In this document: one piece after another, positions 55,134 through 63,686 of the stretch
Layout: each line of letters begins with the position of its first letter
Numbering within the stretch: the stretch's first letter is position 1
IMG/VR virus record: IMGVR_UViG_3300042434_002493
Span: 16,436 to 80,435 of that record
Length of the DNA: 64,000 nt
Direction: 5' to 3' (one strand)
Source: a virus
The notes under the pieces: model-generated
What the model saw: the letters and a program-made list of their open reading frames with translations, nothing else
What the model was told of the DNA's origin: nothing
The model's database searches: none
Made by a program: the position numbers and the translations under genes

Positions 55134-55793
55134 GTGAACAAGACCCCCACCGCCGCCATCATCTCTATCGCGACCGAGCTGTTGCCCATCGAGGGCACTA
55201 CCCTGGATGCCATCCACGAAGCGATCCGCCAGGTCGCCGGCCTCAAGCCCGAGTGGGTCGCCGGCCTCGACCACAAGGCAGCGGTCGCCGAGCTGGCGCG
55301 TCGCCGCAACGTCGTGCTCCCGCCCGAGCCCTTGAACCGCGAGGCCGTCGAGAAGCTCCTGACCTTCGACGTTCGTATGGTGGACGTGGCCACCGCAGAC
55401 GAAGAGTGGACCGGCCCCGCGCTGGAACTGCTCCACAACAACTGCGAGGTCGAAGGCGACGGCGACAGCGTGCTCGAAGCCCTGGCGGAACTGGCCCGAC
55501 TGCCCGCTGGTAGTTCGGTTCTCTGCGGTTTCTTCAGTCTGACCCGGTTGCCTTCGAGTGAAGGCGACAACGTCGAAACCGAAGGCGACAACATCGAAAA
55601 CGACGGTTCCGAAGGCGTCCGCGTCTTCGCCGAGCATGACGACGGCGACGGCCTGGACGCCGCCGAGGGCATCGACGACGACCTGAACGACTACGACGAC
55701 GAATGCGGCTACTACGGCGACTCCAGCTACTCCCGGCGCATAGACCCAGACCAGCGGGCCGAGGCACGGCAGATGGGCTTCACGGACTTCTGA
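55134..55793 (+). CDS. Hypothetical protein with a strongly acidic C-terminus (alternative start GTG 55113)
   Basis: AAGGAG RBS with GTG start; D/E-rich tail. Confidence 0.7.
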   Translation: MNKTPTAAIISIATELLPIEGTTLDAIHEAIRQVAGLKPEWVAGLDHKAAVAELARRRNVVLPPEPLNREAVEKLLTFDVRMVDVATADEEWTGPALELLHNNCEVEGDGDSVLEALAELARLPAGSSVLCGFFSLTRLPSSEGDNVETEGDNIENDGSEGVRVFAEHDDGDGLDAAEGIDDDLNDYDDECGYYGDSSYSRRIDPDQRAEARQMGFTDF

Positions 55794-55835
55794 CGAGCCC
55801 AGCCAGCCCACCACGACACACCAGAGGACCACCAC

Positions 55836-56042
55836 TTGAAGTTCATCACCCTGACAGCCGTTCTGCTCGCGGCCACCGGATGCCGGGACCGAGCCACCTA
55901 CCGCTGTGTTCTGCTTGACGGCCAGGTCGTCGAAACGCAGCTCCGCGAAGACGCGCTGACGCCCACCCCGTTTGGGCTCGTTGTCATGCCCGCCGAGGGC
56001 CGGCCGTTCGTCGCTTCCACATGCCAGGAGATCAACAAGTGA
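55836..56042 (+). CDS. Putative small lipoprotein
   Basis: GAGG RBS with TTG start; MKFITLTAVLLAATG-C signal and lipobox-like sequence. Confidence 0.55.
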   Translation: MKFITLTAVLLAATGCRDRATYRCVLLDGQVVETQLREDALTPTPFGLVVMPAEGRPFVASTCQEINK

Positions 56043-56569
56043 AGACCAGCAATCCCATCGGCATCGGGTCGCAAGGGTGGCGCCCGGCAGACCGGCGCGT
56101 CTACGTTCGAACAGGCAACGACGGCACGGGCGACGGCCGACTGCTTGCGCGCGGCCAGTGGGAGCGCGTTTGGGTCGTCGGGGAGACCACGCGTTCCTGG
56201 ATCTGTAGCTCGGTCGAGGGAGTCCGGCCGGACGACACCAGGCGGACGTTCAAGATCCCGAAATCTGGCGGCCACAACGTCTCCTTTGACGCGAGGGACG
56301 TAGAGCTGCGGATCTGGGCAGGCATCCACCGCCACGCGGTCCAGAAGCGCGTCTATGCCCTCTCGCCCGAGCAACTTGCGGTGATCGCCGCCGCCATGGG
56401 CTACGAAACCATGCCGAGCGAGCCGCGACCGGACGGTCAGCCGTGCCTCATCCATCGGGCCGAGGGCGGATGGCGCGGAGAGCCGCAGCGCCTTCTCGAC
56501 TTCGACGGCCGCCCCGTGGACGCGGACGGCCGACCCATCGCCGAGACGCGCGACGAGGTTCGTCCTTGA
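56039..56569 (+). CDS. Hypothetical protein
   Basis: AGGAG RBS; GTGA coupling. Confidence 0.6.
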   Translation: MKTSNPIGIGSQGWRPADRRVYVRTGNDGTGDGRLLARGQWERVWVVGETTRSWICSSVEGVRPDDTRRTFKIPKSGGHNVSFDARDVELRIWAGIHRHAVQKRVYALSPEQLAVIAAAMGYETMPSEPRPDGQPCLIHRAEGGWRGEPQRLLDFDGRPVDADGRPIAETRDEVRP

Positions 56570-56733
56570 GCACCTGCGCAGACGCCCAAGACTGCGCCGA
56601 CCTGCGTTACCCCGGTTCGAGACTGCGCCGCCTGGAGACCGGCGAGGACGCCGAGCCCTGCGACTGCCCATGCCACGACGACTTCGACCAGGACGACTGG
56701 AGCGAAGGCGACGACCCCAACCCGATGTCGTGA
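56566..56733 (+). CDS. Small Cys/Asp-rich hypothetical protein
   Basis: GAGG RBS; TTGA coupling; CDCPCH. Confidence 0.45.
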   Translation: MSTCADAQDCADLRYPGSRLRRLETGEDAEPCDCPCHDDFDQDDWSEGDDPNPMS

Positions 56734-56756
56734 CGAACGACACCAACGAGGACCAC

Positions 56757-57107
56757 ATGAACGAGAGCAAGACCTGTAGACAATGCTACGGGACGGGCAC
56801 CGTCCAGTACCGCGACGGCCAGCCCCCCAAGCCCTGCCCGGAGTGCGCCCCCGGGCCGGTCGCCGAGCCGTTGCGCTTCACGCGCGATGGCACCGTGGTC
56901 CAGATCGGTGCCTTCGACAAGGGCGAGCGCCCGATCATGCGCCGGCCCTCCGTGCTCCGCCTGGTGCAGAGCGGCCACGGGTACATCGTGGTGGACGTGC
57001 CCATCGAGGGCGTCGGCATCGCCACGGTACAGGCGGTCGCCCCGGTCGAGTTCATGCGCGGCGCCCTGGGCAAAAGCGTGCGCATCACCTTCGAGGTGCT
57101 CTCGTGA
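56757..57107 (+). CDS. Protein with a DnaJ-type zinc finger
   Basis: GAGG RBS; CRQCYGTG..CPEC. Confidence 0.65.
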   Translation: MNESKTCRQCYGTGTVQYRDGQPPKPCPECAPGPVAEPLRFTRDGTVVQIGAFDKGERPIMRRPSVLRLVQSGHGYIVVDVPIEGVGIATVQAVAPVEFMRGALGKSVRITFEVLS

Positions 57108-57109
57108 GC

Positions 57110-58072
57110 ATGCAAGACTACCGCTGCATGTGCGGAGACACCGACTGCCCGAGCTGCGGGACTGCCCAGGGCACGCTGGTCGAGTGCCCGGACGGCGGGC
57201 ACTGTCACCACAACTGCGACCCGGCGGCGTGCTTTCGCGTGCGCCACGCATCGCCGCTCCCGGGCGTGTTCCCCGGGGACCGCTGGCCCGCTGAAGCTGG
57301 GGAGTCGAACGGTGGCGTCGATCCCTTTGCCGCTGACCCGCGCTCCGACCCGATGCCCGCGACGTGGCCGGGCGATGACCCGCTCGACCGGGCGCTTCAC
57401 GAGCTGCCGCCCCTCGACTTCGAGGCGCAGAGAGAGACGGCGCAGTACGTCGAGGACGTGCAGGCGGGCATCCGACCCGAGGACCCCGGGATCGGAGTGG
57501 TTGCTCGCAAGACCGAGCCGATCCCCCCGGTGACGGTCACGCCGCCCTACTGCGGCCCGGGGATGTTCGCGCGCAGGGTGCGCGACAACCTCGCACGCTT
57601 GGCCGTCGAGCCAGACCTCGGGGACACCCTGCGCGCCGTCGCGAGACACACACTGGAGATGGCCGAGCGTACCGTCGAAGAGGTCGCGCTCATCGAGGAC
57701 CAATCCGGCCCGAGGCTCCTCACGGTGCCGCACCACCTCGACGACGCCGACCTCGAAGCCCTACGCGCCGCCATGGAGCAGAGCGCCCACCAGCCGCTCA
57801 TGCTGATTCGGGACAACCCGCCGCCGGCCGCCGGCCCGCTGGCGCTGTCCGCTGGCGACATCGACGAACTGGCCACGAAGATCGGCGCGCGCGTAACCGA
57901 AATGCTGGCCGCCGAGCCCCTGCTGGCCCTGCTGGCGGCCGCGCGCGAGTGGGCCGACTGGTTCGAGGACGATCTTGGAGACGTGGTTGCAAGGAACCTC
58001 AAGGCCAGCGTCGAGGCGTGCGCCGGCATCGGCGCGCTCATCAATGACCAACCGGGCCCGGAGGTGACGTGA
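57110..58072 (+). CDS. Hypothetical protein with a Cys/His-rich N-terminus
   Basis: CMCG..CPSCG and CPDGGHCHHNC..CFR; coupled to neighbours (GTG 57104 is an alternative start). Confidence 0.65.
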   Translation: MQDYRCMCGDTDCPSCGTAQGTLVECPDGGHCHHNCDPAACFRVRHASPLPGVFPGDRWPAEAGESNGGVDPFAADPRSDPMPATWPGDDPLDRALHELPPLDFEAQRETAQYVEDVQAGIRPEDPGIGVVARKTEPIPPVTVTPPYCGPGMFARRVRDNLARLAVEPDLGDTLRAVARHTLEMAERTVEEVALIEDQSGPRLLTVPHHLDDADLEALRAAMEQSAHQPLMLIRDNPPPAAGPLALSAGDIDELATKIGARVTEMLAAEPLLALLAAAREWADWFEDDLGDVVARNLKASVEACAGIGALINDQPGPEVT

Positions 58073-58305
58073 TGCCGTGGTCAACCGATGTTCCGCCGAA
58101 GTGCCGTATCTGCGGAAAGTTGCGTCCGCGCGTGCTCTACGGGTTCGGCAAGGCACACCGAAAGTGCATCGAGAAGGAGAAGAGGTTCGAGCTGACGAGT
58201 GGGCGACCGCAGAAAACCGAACGGCTCGACGAGCTTGGAGCCGTCATGGTGGAGGGCGTTCTGGTTGGCCCCGGCATCGACAGCAGCAAGGTAGGTGGCC
58301 AGTGA
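58069..58305 (+). CDS. Small zinc-finger-like hypothetical protein
   Basis: GGAGG RBS; CRIC..HRKC. Confidence 0.5.
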   Translation: MMPWSTDVPPKCRICGKLRPRVLYGFGKAHRKCIEKEKRFELTSGRPQKTERLDELGAVMVEGVLVGPGIDSSKVGGQ

Positions 58306-58961
58306 GCGCCCGCCGCAAGTCCTACCAGGAGTGCCGCCGCCGATACGACCGCGACTTCGAGCGCCACGAGCTGCGCGTCGGCGTCGAGGGCCCCAAGGTC
58401 TTCGCCTTCACCCTGCGCAGGCCGGCCGAGTGGATGTACGGCGTCGAGATCCTGTTCACTCCGGTCGGGATTGTGATGCACGGAGACTTCACCCCTCCGT
58501 CGCACCGCGGGCCCTGCGGCGCGTACATGAAGGACCTCGCGTGGTTCGCCGCGGAGATGGACCCCGACTACCTGGCCGGCAAGTTCCTGGAGAAGGGGTG
58601 GACGCGCGAGGGCGCCGAGGACCACATCCGCGACAACATCGAGTCGTTGCGGTCGAGCATCTCCGATTCCAAGGCCGTGAGAGACAAGACGTTGGCGCGC
58701 TGCACCAGACTGGAAGCCATGGTGAACAACGGCGAGGGCCTGACGGATCTCGCCGAGTACGAAGCCACATGGGCGCAGGAGTGGTACGAGGACACCATCG
58801 GCGACGCCGAGTGGGTCTACCCGGACAGAGCCTACGACCCCGCCGGCATGGCAGCCCTCGCAACCATCCACGCGTGCTTTCGACGTCTCTTCTGGACGCG
58901 CTATGAGACCATCGAGCGCGTCAACGACGGGTTCGTCCTGACCGAACGGGCGAAGCCGTGA
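58302..58961 (+). CDS. Conserved phage hypothetical protein
   Basis: GTGA coupling; F..HEL..LRRP..GD..WF..DYLAGK pattern recalled from other phages. Confidence 0.65.
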   Translation: MSARRKSYQECRRRYDRDFERHELRVGVEGPKVFAFTLRRPAEWMYGVEILFTPVGIVMHGDFTPPSHRGPCGAYMKDLAWFAAEMDPDYLAGKFLEKGWTREGAEDHIRDNIESLRSSISDSKAVRDKTLARCTRLEAMVNNGEGLTDLAEYEATWAQEWYEDTIGDAEWVYPDRAYDPAGMAALATIHACFRRLFWTRYETIERVNDGFVLTERAKP

Positions 58962-59380
58962 CGAAGAAGATCAAGCGCATCGTGGACCCGAAGTGGGGGC
59001 CGTGGGAGCAGCGCCCCGCCGCCGTCGCCCAGGCCAACGCGGGCTTGTGGGGGTCCGAGCTTGTCGGCATGCTCGCCGCCTACGTCAACCGGGTGTACTC
59101 GGTTCAGGAGTTCGCCGAGGTACGCGAGCAAGGACTCCTTCGAGGTCAACTGGTGACGCACCTACTCATCCGCCGCCACGACGGCACGACCAACGTGCCG
59201 TGGGCGGACAAGCAGCGGATCAAGGACGACCTTGCCGGGCCAGACCGCCTGGCCGTCGAGGTGTTCCCGCCGACGGACGCGCTCGTTGACGAGCGCAACC
59301 TCTACCACCTTTGGGTTTTCCCCGCTGGCACGACCCTTGGGGTCTCGCTCACCAACCGCGGGACGTCTAAGGCGTGCTGA
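58958..59380 (+). CDS. Conserved phage protein (DUF7694-like)
   Basis: HLLIRR..W..KQRIK..G..AVEVFP....LVD..N.YHLW. Confidence 0.7.
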   Translation: MTKKIKRIVDPKWGPWEQRPAAVAQANAGLWGSELVGMLAAYVNRVYSVQEFAEVREQGLLRGQLVTHLLIRRHDGTTNVPWADKQRIKDDLAGPDRLAVEVFPPTDALVDERNLYHLWVFPAGTTLGVSLTNRGTSKAC

Positions 59381-59464
59381 CCGGCTGATCTGACCGAGGC
59401 GTTTGACCGTCACGCCTTTCTGCAGGACGTCGTGAAGGTGTTCTTCATGCGTGAATACGAGTAG

Positions 59465-59752
59465 TTAGCCGCGCGCACTCGTGCCTTCCACCTTCCGTGC
59501 AGCGTCTTTCTGCAGGACGCCGAGGTCAGCTTCAGCTTCGCGCAGTCGCGAAGCCCAGTGCGACTCCATCCCGCGGCTCACGCGCACCCGCAGCGCATCG
59601 ACGAACGCCAGGCGCGCGGACTCTTCCGCTTGTGCCTCCGCGGCGCGAGCCTCTTCAGCCGCCTGAGCGAGCGCGCGCCGTGCCTCGCTCACCTCGCGTC
59701 GCAGCAGTTCGATGGCGAGACGTCGCAGCGCACGCTTGAGGACGTCGTTCAT
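59465..59752 (-). CDS. Coiled-coil hypothetical protein
   Basis: GGAG RBS; ATGA coupling. Confidence 0.55.
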   Translation of the reverse strand: MNDVLKRALRRLAIELLRREVSEARRALAQAAEEARAAEAQAEESARLAFVDALRVRVSRGMESHWASRLREAEADLGVLQKDAARKVEGTSARG

Positions 59753-60156
59753 CGGCGAGGCTCCCGCGCTGACGCCTGGCGCAGAAGGCGCGCCCACCAC
59801 ACGAGACGTTGCCGGACGCTTGGGGGCGCGCAGGCCCAGTCTCCGTGAAACGGTACATGCTGGCCGCCGCGAGGGTCGCTCCAGTGCTTGACCGCCGCGT
59901 CCACCGACGTCGCGAACGCTTCGACGGCGTCCCGCAGTTCGCTTTCGTTGCCCATCTCGACCTCCTTCGGCCCATCGACCGCGCCATGCTCGCCATCGGA
60001 CCACGGAATCGTCGGTTCTCGTGGTTCGGGTTCGTGCGCCTCGCAGCCAGCCGGGCACCGCTTGTCCGCGGTGCAGCTCTCCCGGCGGCAGAACGCGCAC
60101 CCGTGCAGGATCTTGCCGCTGGGCGAGGTGTGCTTGAGGATAGACCAGCGGCTCAT
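59749..60156 (-). CDS. Hypothetical protein with a Cys-rich N-terminus
   Basis: ATGA coupling. Confidence 0.55.
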   Translation of the reverse strand: MSRWSILKHTSPSGKILHGCAFCRRESCTADKRCPAGCEAHEPEPREPTIPWSDGEHGAVDGPKEVEMGNESELRDAVEAFATSVDAAVKHWSDPRGGQHVPFHGDWACAPPSVRQRLVWWARLLRQASAREPRR

Positions 60157-60554
60157 TTCTTCACCGCCAGCGGTCGCTCGCGCGGCTCATACGGCACCGA
60201 CCGGGCAGCCGTCAGGTCGCGCAGATACGCGGCCACGGCCTTCAAGGCCGTGCTGTAGTGCCCACCCGCGCCGGTGCCCGAGCAGAACCAGGGCGGGGCG
60301 TCACCCTTGGCCACGACGTAGACCGGCAGCCCGGCGCCCGCGGCGAAGGCCAGCTCGCCGACCGCCGAGGCATCCTCGGGCGACCAGACGCCGAAGACCG
60401 CCGAGGCGCCCTTGAGGACCGCTCGCGTCGCCTCCGGCTCGTTGCGGTGGACCAGCGTGGCGCAGGGCCCGCACGGCGCGCCGAAGACCTCTTCGAGGGC
60501 CTCGATGAGGGCCGCGTCCGACTGGGGATCAGTGAGCGCGAGGTAGATTTTCAA
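60153..60554 (-). CDS. Small flavodoxin-like-fold protein (nucleoside 2-deoxyribosyltransferase/TIR-like)
   Basis: MKIYLA start and S..GELAFA..AGLPVYV motif. Confidence 0.55.
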   Translation of the reverse strand: MKIYLALTDPQSDAALIEALEEVFGAPCGPCATLVHRNEPEATRAVLKGASAVFGVWSPEDASAVGELAFAAGAGLPVYVVAKGDAPPWFCSGTGAGGHYSTALKAVAAYLRDLTAARSVPYEPRERPLAVKK

Positions 60555-61459
60555 AGCATCACCCCCTGTAAGTCACGAACCTGAAGGGGCGCGGGACGCT
60601 CCTGGACGCGCAGAGCCTCCGGCCATTCGGCGGGGTCCGCGCCGGCCGGGTGGCGCAGGTGGATGCCGAGCCCCTCGCCGACAGACGGCCGCGCGCCCAT
60701 CTGTTTGACGAATGGGGATGCACCGGCCGCACGGCACTGGGCGATGGTATCGCGCGCCCATTCAACCCGAAACGGCCGGGCGTTCGGGCCGGACTCACCG
60801 CCCACAATCACCCAGTCGAGCTTGTGAATCACCACGCGGCGGACGCCGCCGTTTTCGATCTCGTCTGCCAGTACGCCCGGCCCCCACTCCTCCAGGTGTC
60901 GAGAGAAGTCCACCGCCTCCAGCGCCGGCTCGTAGCTCCCGAAGTGCCGCGGCGCCGGCAGGCGCAGCAGGTGGGAGCAGCGGGCGTCCGTCTCGCGCTG
61001 GTTTTCCATCGTGGCCCCCACCCAGGCGTTCGGCGGCCACGAGCCCCACATCCAGGCGTTCGGGACCATTTCGCCGACGAGATGGGGCCGTTTCGTGAGC
61101 AGCAGCCAGACCAGCCAGGGCGTCGCCTCGACCAGATCGAAGAGGCGCGTCCGCGCATCCTGCATCGCCGCCCAGGTCTCGTCCGAGATCGTTTCGCGCT
61201 CCTCGAACACGTCCGCCATCGAGGCGCAGAAGACGAAGGCCGGCTTGCCGAGTTTCTTCGCCTTTGCGTTCCAGGCCAGAGGCTCGCGCCAGTGTTTCTC
61301 ACCGAAGAAGCGCCGCGGCACATCCTTCCCCCAGCCATAGCCGAAGCGCCCCGCCCAGTCCGCCGCGTAACAGTGCTTGCAGGCGGGTGACACCTTGTGA
61401 CAGCCCCACCAGGGGTTGAAGGTGTGATCCGCCCACGAAATCCCCGTGTTCTCACTCAT
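60551..61459 (-). CDS. DUF5131 (phage Gp37/Gp68) radical-SAM-like protein
   Basis: GGAGG RBS; TGISW.DHTFNPWWGC.KVSPAC.HCYA, FCASMADVFE, LLTKRP, DWVIVGGESG, FVKQMG. Confidence 0.92.
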   Translation of the reverse strand: MSENTGISWADHTFNPWWGCHKVSPACKHCYAADWAGRFGYGWGKDVPRRFFGEKHWREPLAWNAKAKKLGKPAFVFCASMADVFEERETISDETWAAMQDARTRLFDLVEATPWLVWLLLTKRPHLVGEMVPNAWMWGSWPPNAWVGATMENQRETDARCSHLLRLPAPRHFGSYEPALEAVDFSRHLEEWGPGVLADEIENGGVRRVVIHKLDWVIVGGESGPNARPFRVEWARDTIAQCRAAGASPFVKQMGARPSVGEGLGIHLRHPAGADPAEWPEALRVQERPAPLQVRDLQGVML

Positions 61460-61860
61460 CGGATGGTCCTCCAGAAGACATGCACGGTGCCCGTGCGTTT
61501 GATGGGCCTGTACCCGAGCCGGCGCCAGCCGGCAGACACCCGCCGCGAGGCCGCAGGCGTCGCGAACGCGACCGCCCGCTTCGCCCACCGCGGCACCTTC
61601 ACCTTGCCGGCCAGAAAGCGCCGGGCCACCCCCTCGAAGCGCCGGGCCTCGACCGCCGGGCAGGTCGGACGAGCCCACTGGCCAGGCCGGCGCAGCTCCG
61701 CCACCAGGTCGCGCCCGTCTCGCCGCGCCCGGTTCTTCGCCACCTGCGCGATGGCCACGACCTCGCGCAGGCCGCCCGGCTTGTCGATGAGACCTCGGGC
61801 CTCAGCGCAGAGCACGCCGCCCAGGACGGACGCGACCGAGAGCGCGAGGCCAAGCATCAC
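61456..61860 (-). CDS. SleB/Hydrolase_2-like cell-wall hydrolase
   Basis: AEARG (putative catalytic Glu), AIAQV..NRA, PGQW, HVFW; hydrophobic N-terminus. Confidence 0.7.
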   Translation of the reverse strand: MMLGLALSVASVLGGVLCAEARGLIDKPGGLREVVAIAQVAKNRARRDGRDLVAELRRPGQWARPTCPAVEARRFEGVARRFLAGKVKVPRWAKRAVAFATPAASRRVSAGWRRLGYRPIKRTGTVHVFWRTIR

Positions 61861-62354
61861 CCGATCCCCGGCAGCGCGTCGTGCGGAGGCAGGCCCGCCC
61901 GGTCGAGGTAGTCGTCCGCCTTCGCCCAGACCTTCTCGTCGAGGATGAGCCGCGCCAACTCCGCGCGAGCACGGTCCCCGTGGGCCAGAAACACCCGGCC
62001 GGCGACGTAGAGCGCCGAGGTCCCCGCCCGGCGCCCGAAGTCGGCCAGGCGAGCGCGCATCGTCGCCCGCACCTTGTCCGGCGTGTTGCAGGTAGAGACG
62101 TTGGCCGTATCCCGCTCCGCCATGACCTCGTAGGCCAGGCGGCCCAGCTCGCGGCGCCGCTCCGGCGTCGGGTCGCCCACGAGCAAGCACTGGCCGTCGG
62201 CCATCGGCACGACCTCCAGAGGGCCCAGCGGCAGGACACCCGACCCCTTTCCTGCCGCTGGCAACGGGGCGACCGTCAACACCCGCAACGGGCGTTGCAC
62301 CGGCGCCGCTTCGGTGGACGACTCTTCGGCCTCCGTGACAAGACGCAGACTCAT
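61857..62354 (-). CDS. Hypothetical protein
   Basis: GGAGG RBS; ATGA coupling. Confidence 0.65.
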   Translation of the reverse strand: MSLRLVTEAEESSTEAAPVQRPLRVLTVAPLPAAGKGSGVLPLGPLEVVPMADGQCLLVGDPTPERRRELGRLAYEVMAERDTANVSTCNTPDKVRATMRARLADFGRRAGTSALYVAGRVFLAHGDRARAELARLILDEKVWAKADDYLDRAGLPPHDALPGIG

Positions 62355-62908
62355 TTCGCCAACCTCCCCAGGGCTTCCGCCCAGTCAGTGCCCCGGCAGG
62401 CTACACCTGCCGCGAGCGCGTGCTCCTCCGACCACGAGCGAACGCCGTCCCGCAGAGCCCTACCGACGGCCGCCGCCGGCACGACGACGCAGTCGCCGAG
62501 CGGATTCGCGCCGAAGGCGACGACGTAGATCGCCGTCCCCCTGCACATGACCCACCAGTCCAGGAAGTCGAGCTGGTGGCGCTCGACCTTGCTCGCGTCT
62601 CCCAGGACGAGCCGCCCGGAGGCGCAACGCTTCGCCTCCAGCGCGACGTGGAAGCCATCCACGAAGCCGATGTAGTCCACCACCGCCCGGCCCTGAATGA
62701 CGCCGCCGCCCCGCTGGTAGATCGCCTGCGGGTACTGGCGCGCCATCACACCGCGCCGAGCCGTCTTATAGAACGCATGTTGAGCGTCGAGCCTTTGTTC
62801 AAGGTCGCGGCCGAGCCGCGACTGCGCCTTGCCATCGTCACGGCTTGACTTCCGCGGCGCGCTGGCGCCGATTGCTTCGACTTCTTTCATCGTCGGGCGT
62901 TTCGGCAT
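62351..62908 (-). CDS. RecU-like Holliday junction resolvase
   Basis: GRDLE, VDYIG, ALEAK and HQLDFL motifs of the RecU PD-(D/E)xK family. Confidence 0.8.
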   Translation of the reverse strand: MPKRPTMKEVEAIGASAPRKSSRDDGKAQSRLGRDLEQRLDAQHAFYKTARRGVMARQYPQAIYQRGGGVIQGRAVVDYIGFVDGFHVALEAKRCASGRLVLGDASKVERHQLDFLDWWVMCRGTAIYVVAFGANPLGDCVVVPAAAVGRALRDGVRSWSEEHALAAGVACRGTDWAEALGRLAK

Positions 62909-62909
62909 G

Positions 62910-63686
62910 TCATCCTCCGTGCTTTGCGCGAAGTGTCGCGCTCTTAGGCCGGAGGTCTTCGCCGGCCATAATCGTGCAAGTCATGTTGCCGTTGATGCGG
63001 CTCCAGACGCGGTCGCCGACGTAGTCCTCGAAGTCGCCGGGGACCTCCGGTGTGGACACGCGCAGGTTCGTGGAGAACATGACGGTCTGACCCGCCGTGA
63101 GCCGGTCGCCGATCACCCGCTCTGCCACCCGCCGAGCGAAGTCGGAGTCTTGCGCAGCTCCCAGATCATCGACCGCCAGAATGTCTACCGCGAGCAGCGG
63201 CTCGACGATGGGAGAGTCGGGTTTCTTCTCGGCGTAGCAGTTGATCATGCTGTCAAGCAGCGTCCGCCAGTTGACCCACCTCGCACGGTGGCCACGCACG
63301 ATCAATTCATGGACCACACACCCCATGACCCAGCTCTTACCCACGCCAGGCGTGCCGAAGAGGCCGCGACCTTTCGTGCCTCGCTCCCATTCGTCGATGT
63401 ACTTCCGCAAGCCGGACGGGTTGGGGCGCTTCTTATTTGGCTCCCATGCGTCGAGCCGGGCGTCGATGAGATCGGCCGGCAGACGCGCTTCATCGAAACG
63501 CGCCACCAGAGCATCCAGTCGCTTGCAGGTAGGACACTTGCGCGCGTAACTGTACCCATTGACCTCGTACCGCTCGAAGCCAGCCCCGTGACAGACCTGG
63601 CAGGGGACCGCGACCCGCTGGGCGCGCAGGTAGGGTAGCCCCTGATCTGGCCGATGCACCGTCAGGGTGTACTCGCGCTCGCTCAT
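62910..63686 (-). CDS. DnaC/IstB-like AAA+ helicase loader
   Basis: Zn finger CQVC..CPTC; Walker A GTPGVGKS; Walker B LAVDDLG; STN; RVWSRI. Confidence 0.88.
   Translation of the reverse strand: MSEREYTLTVHRPDQGLPYLRAQRVAVPCQVCHGAGFERYEVNGYSYARKCPTCKRLDALVARFDEARLPADLIDARLDAWEPNKKRPNPSGLRKYIDEWERGTKGRGLFGTPGVGKSWVMGCVVHELIVRGHRARWVNWRTLLDSMINCYAEKKPDSPIVEPLLAVDILAVDDLGAAQDSDFARRVAERVIGDRLTAGQTVMFSTNLRVSTPEVPGDFEDYVGDRVWSRINGNMTCTIMAGEDLRPKSATLRAKHGG

Noticed and set aside
62910-63686. IS21 element (IstB)
   Set aside because: No IstA transposase or terminal repeats. The Zn finger and gene context indicate a phage helicase loader.
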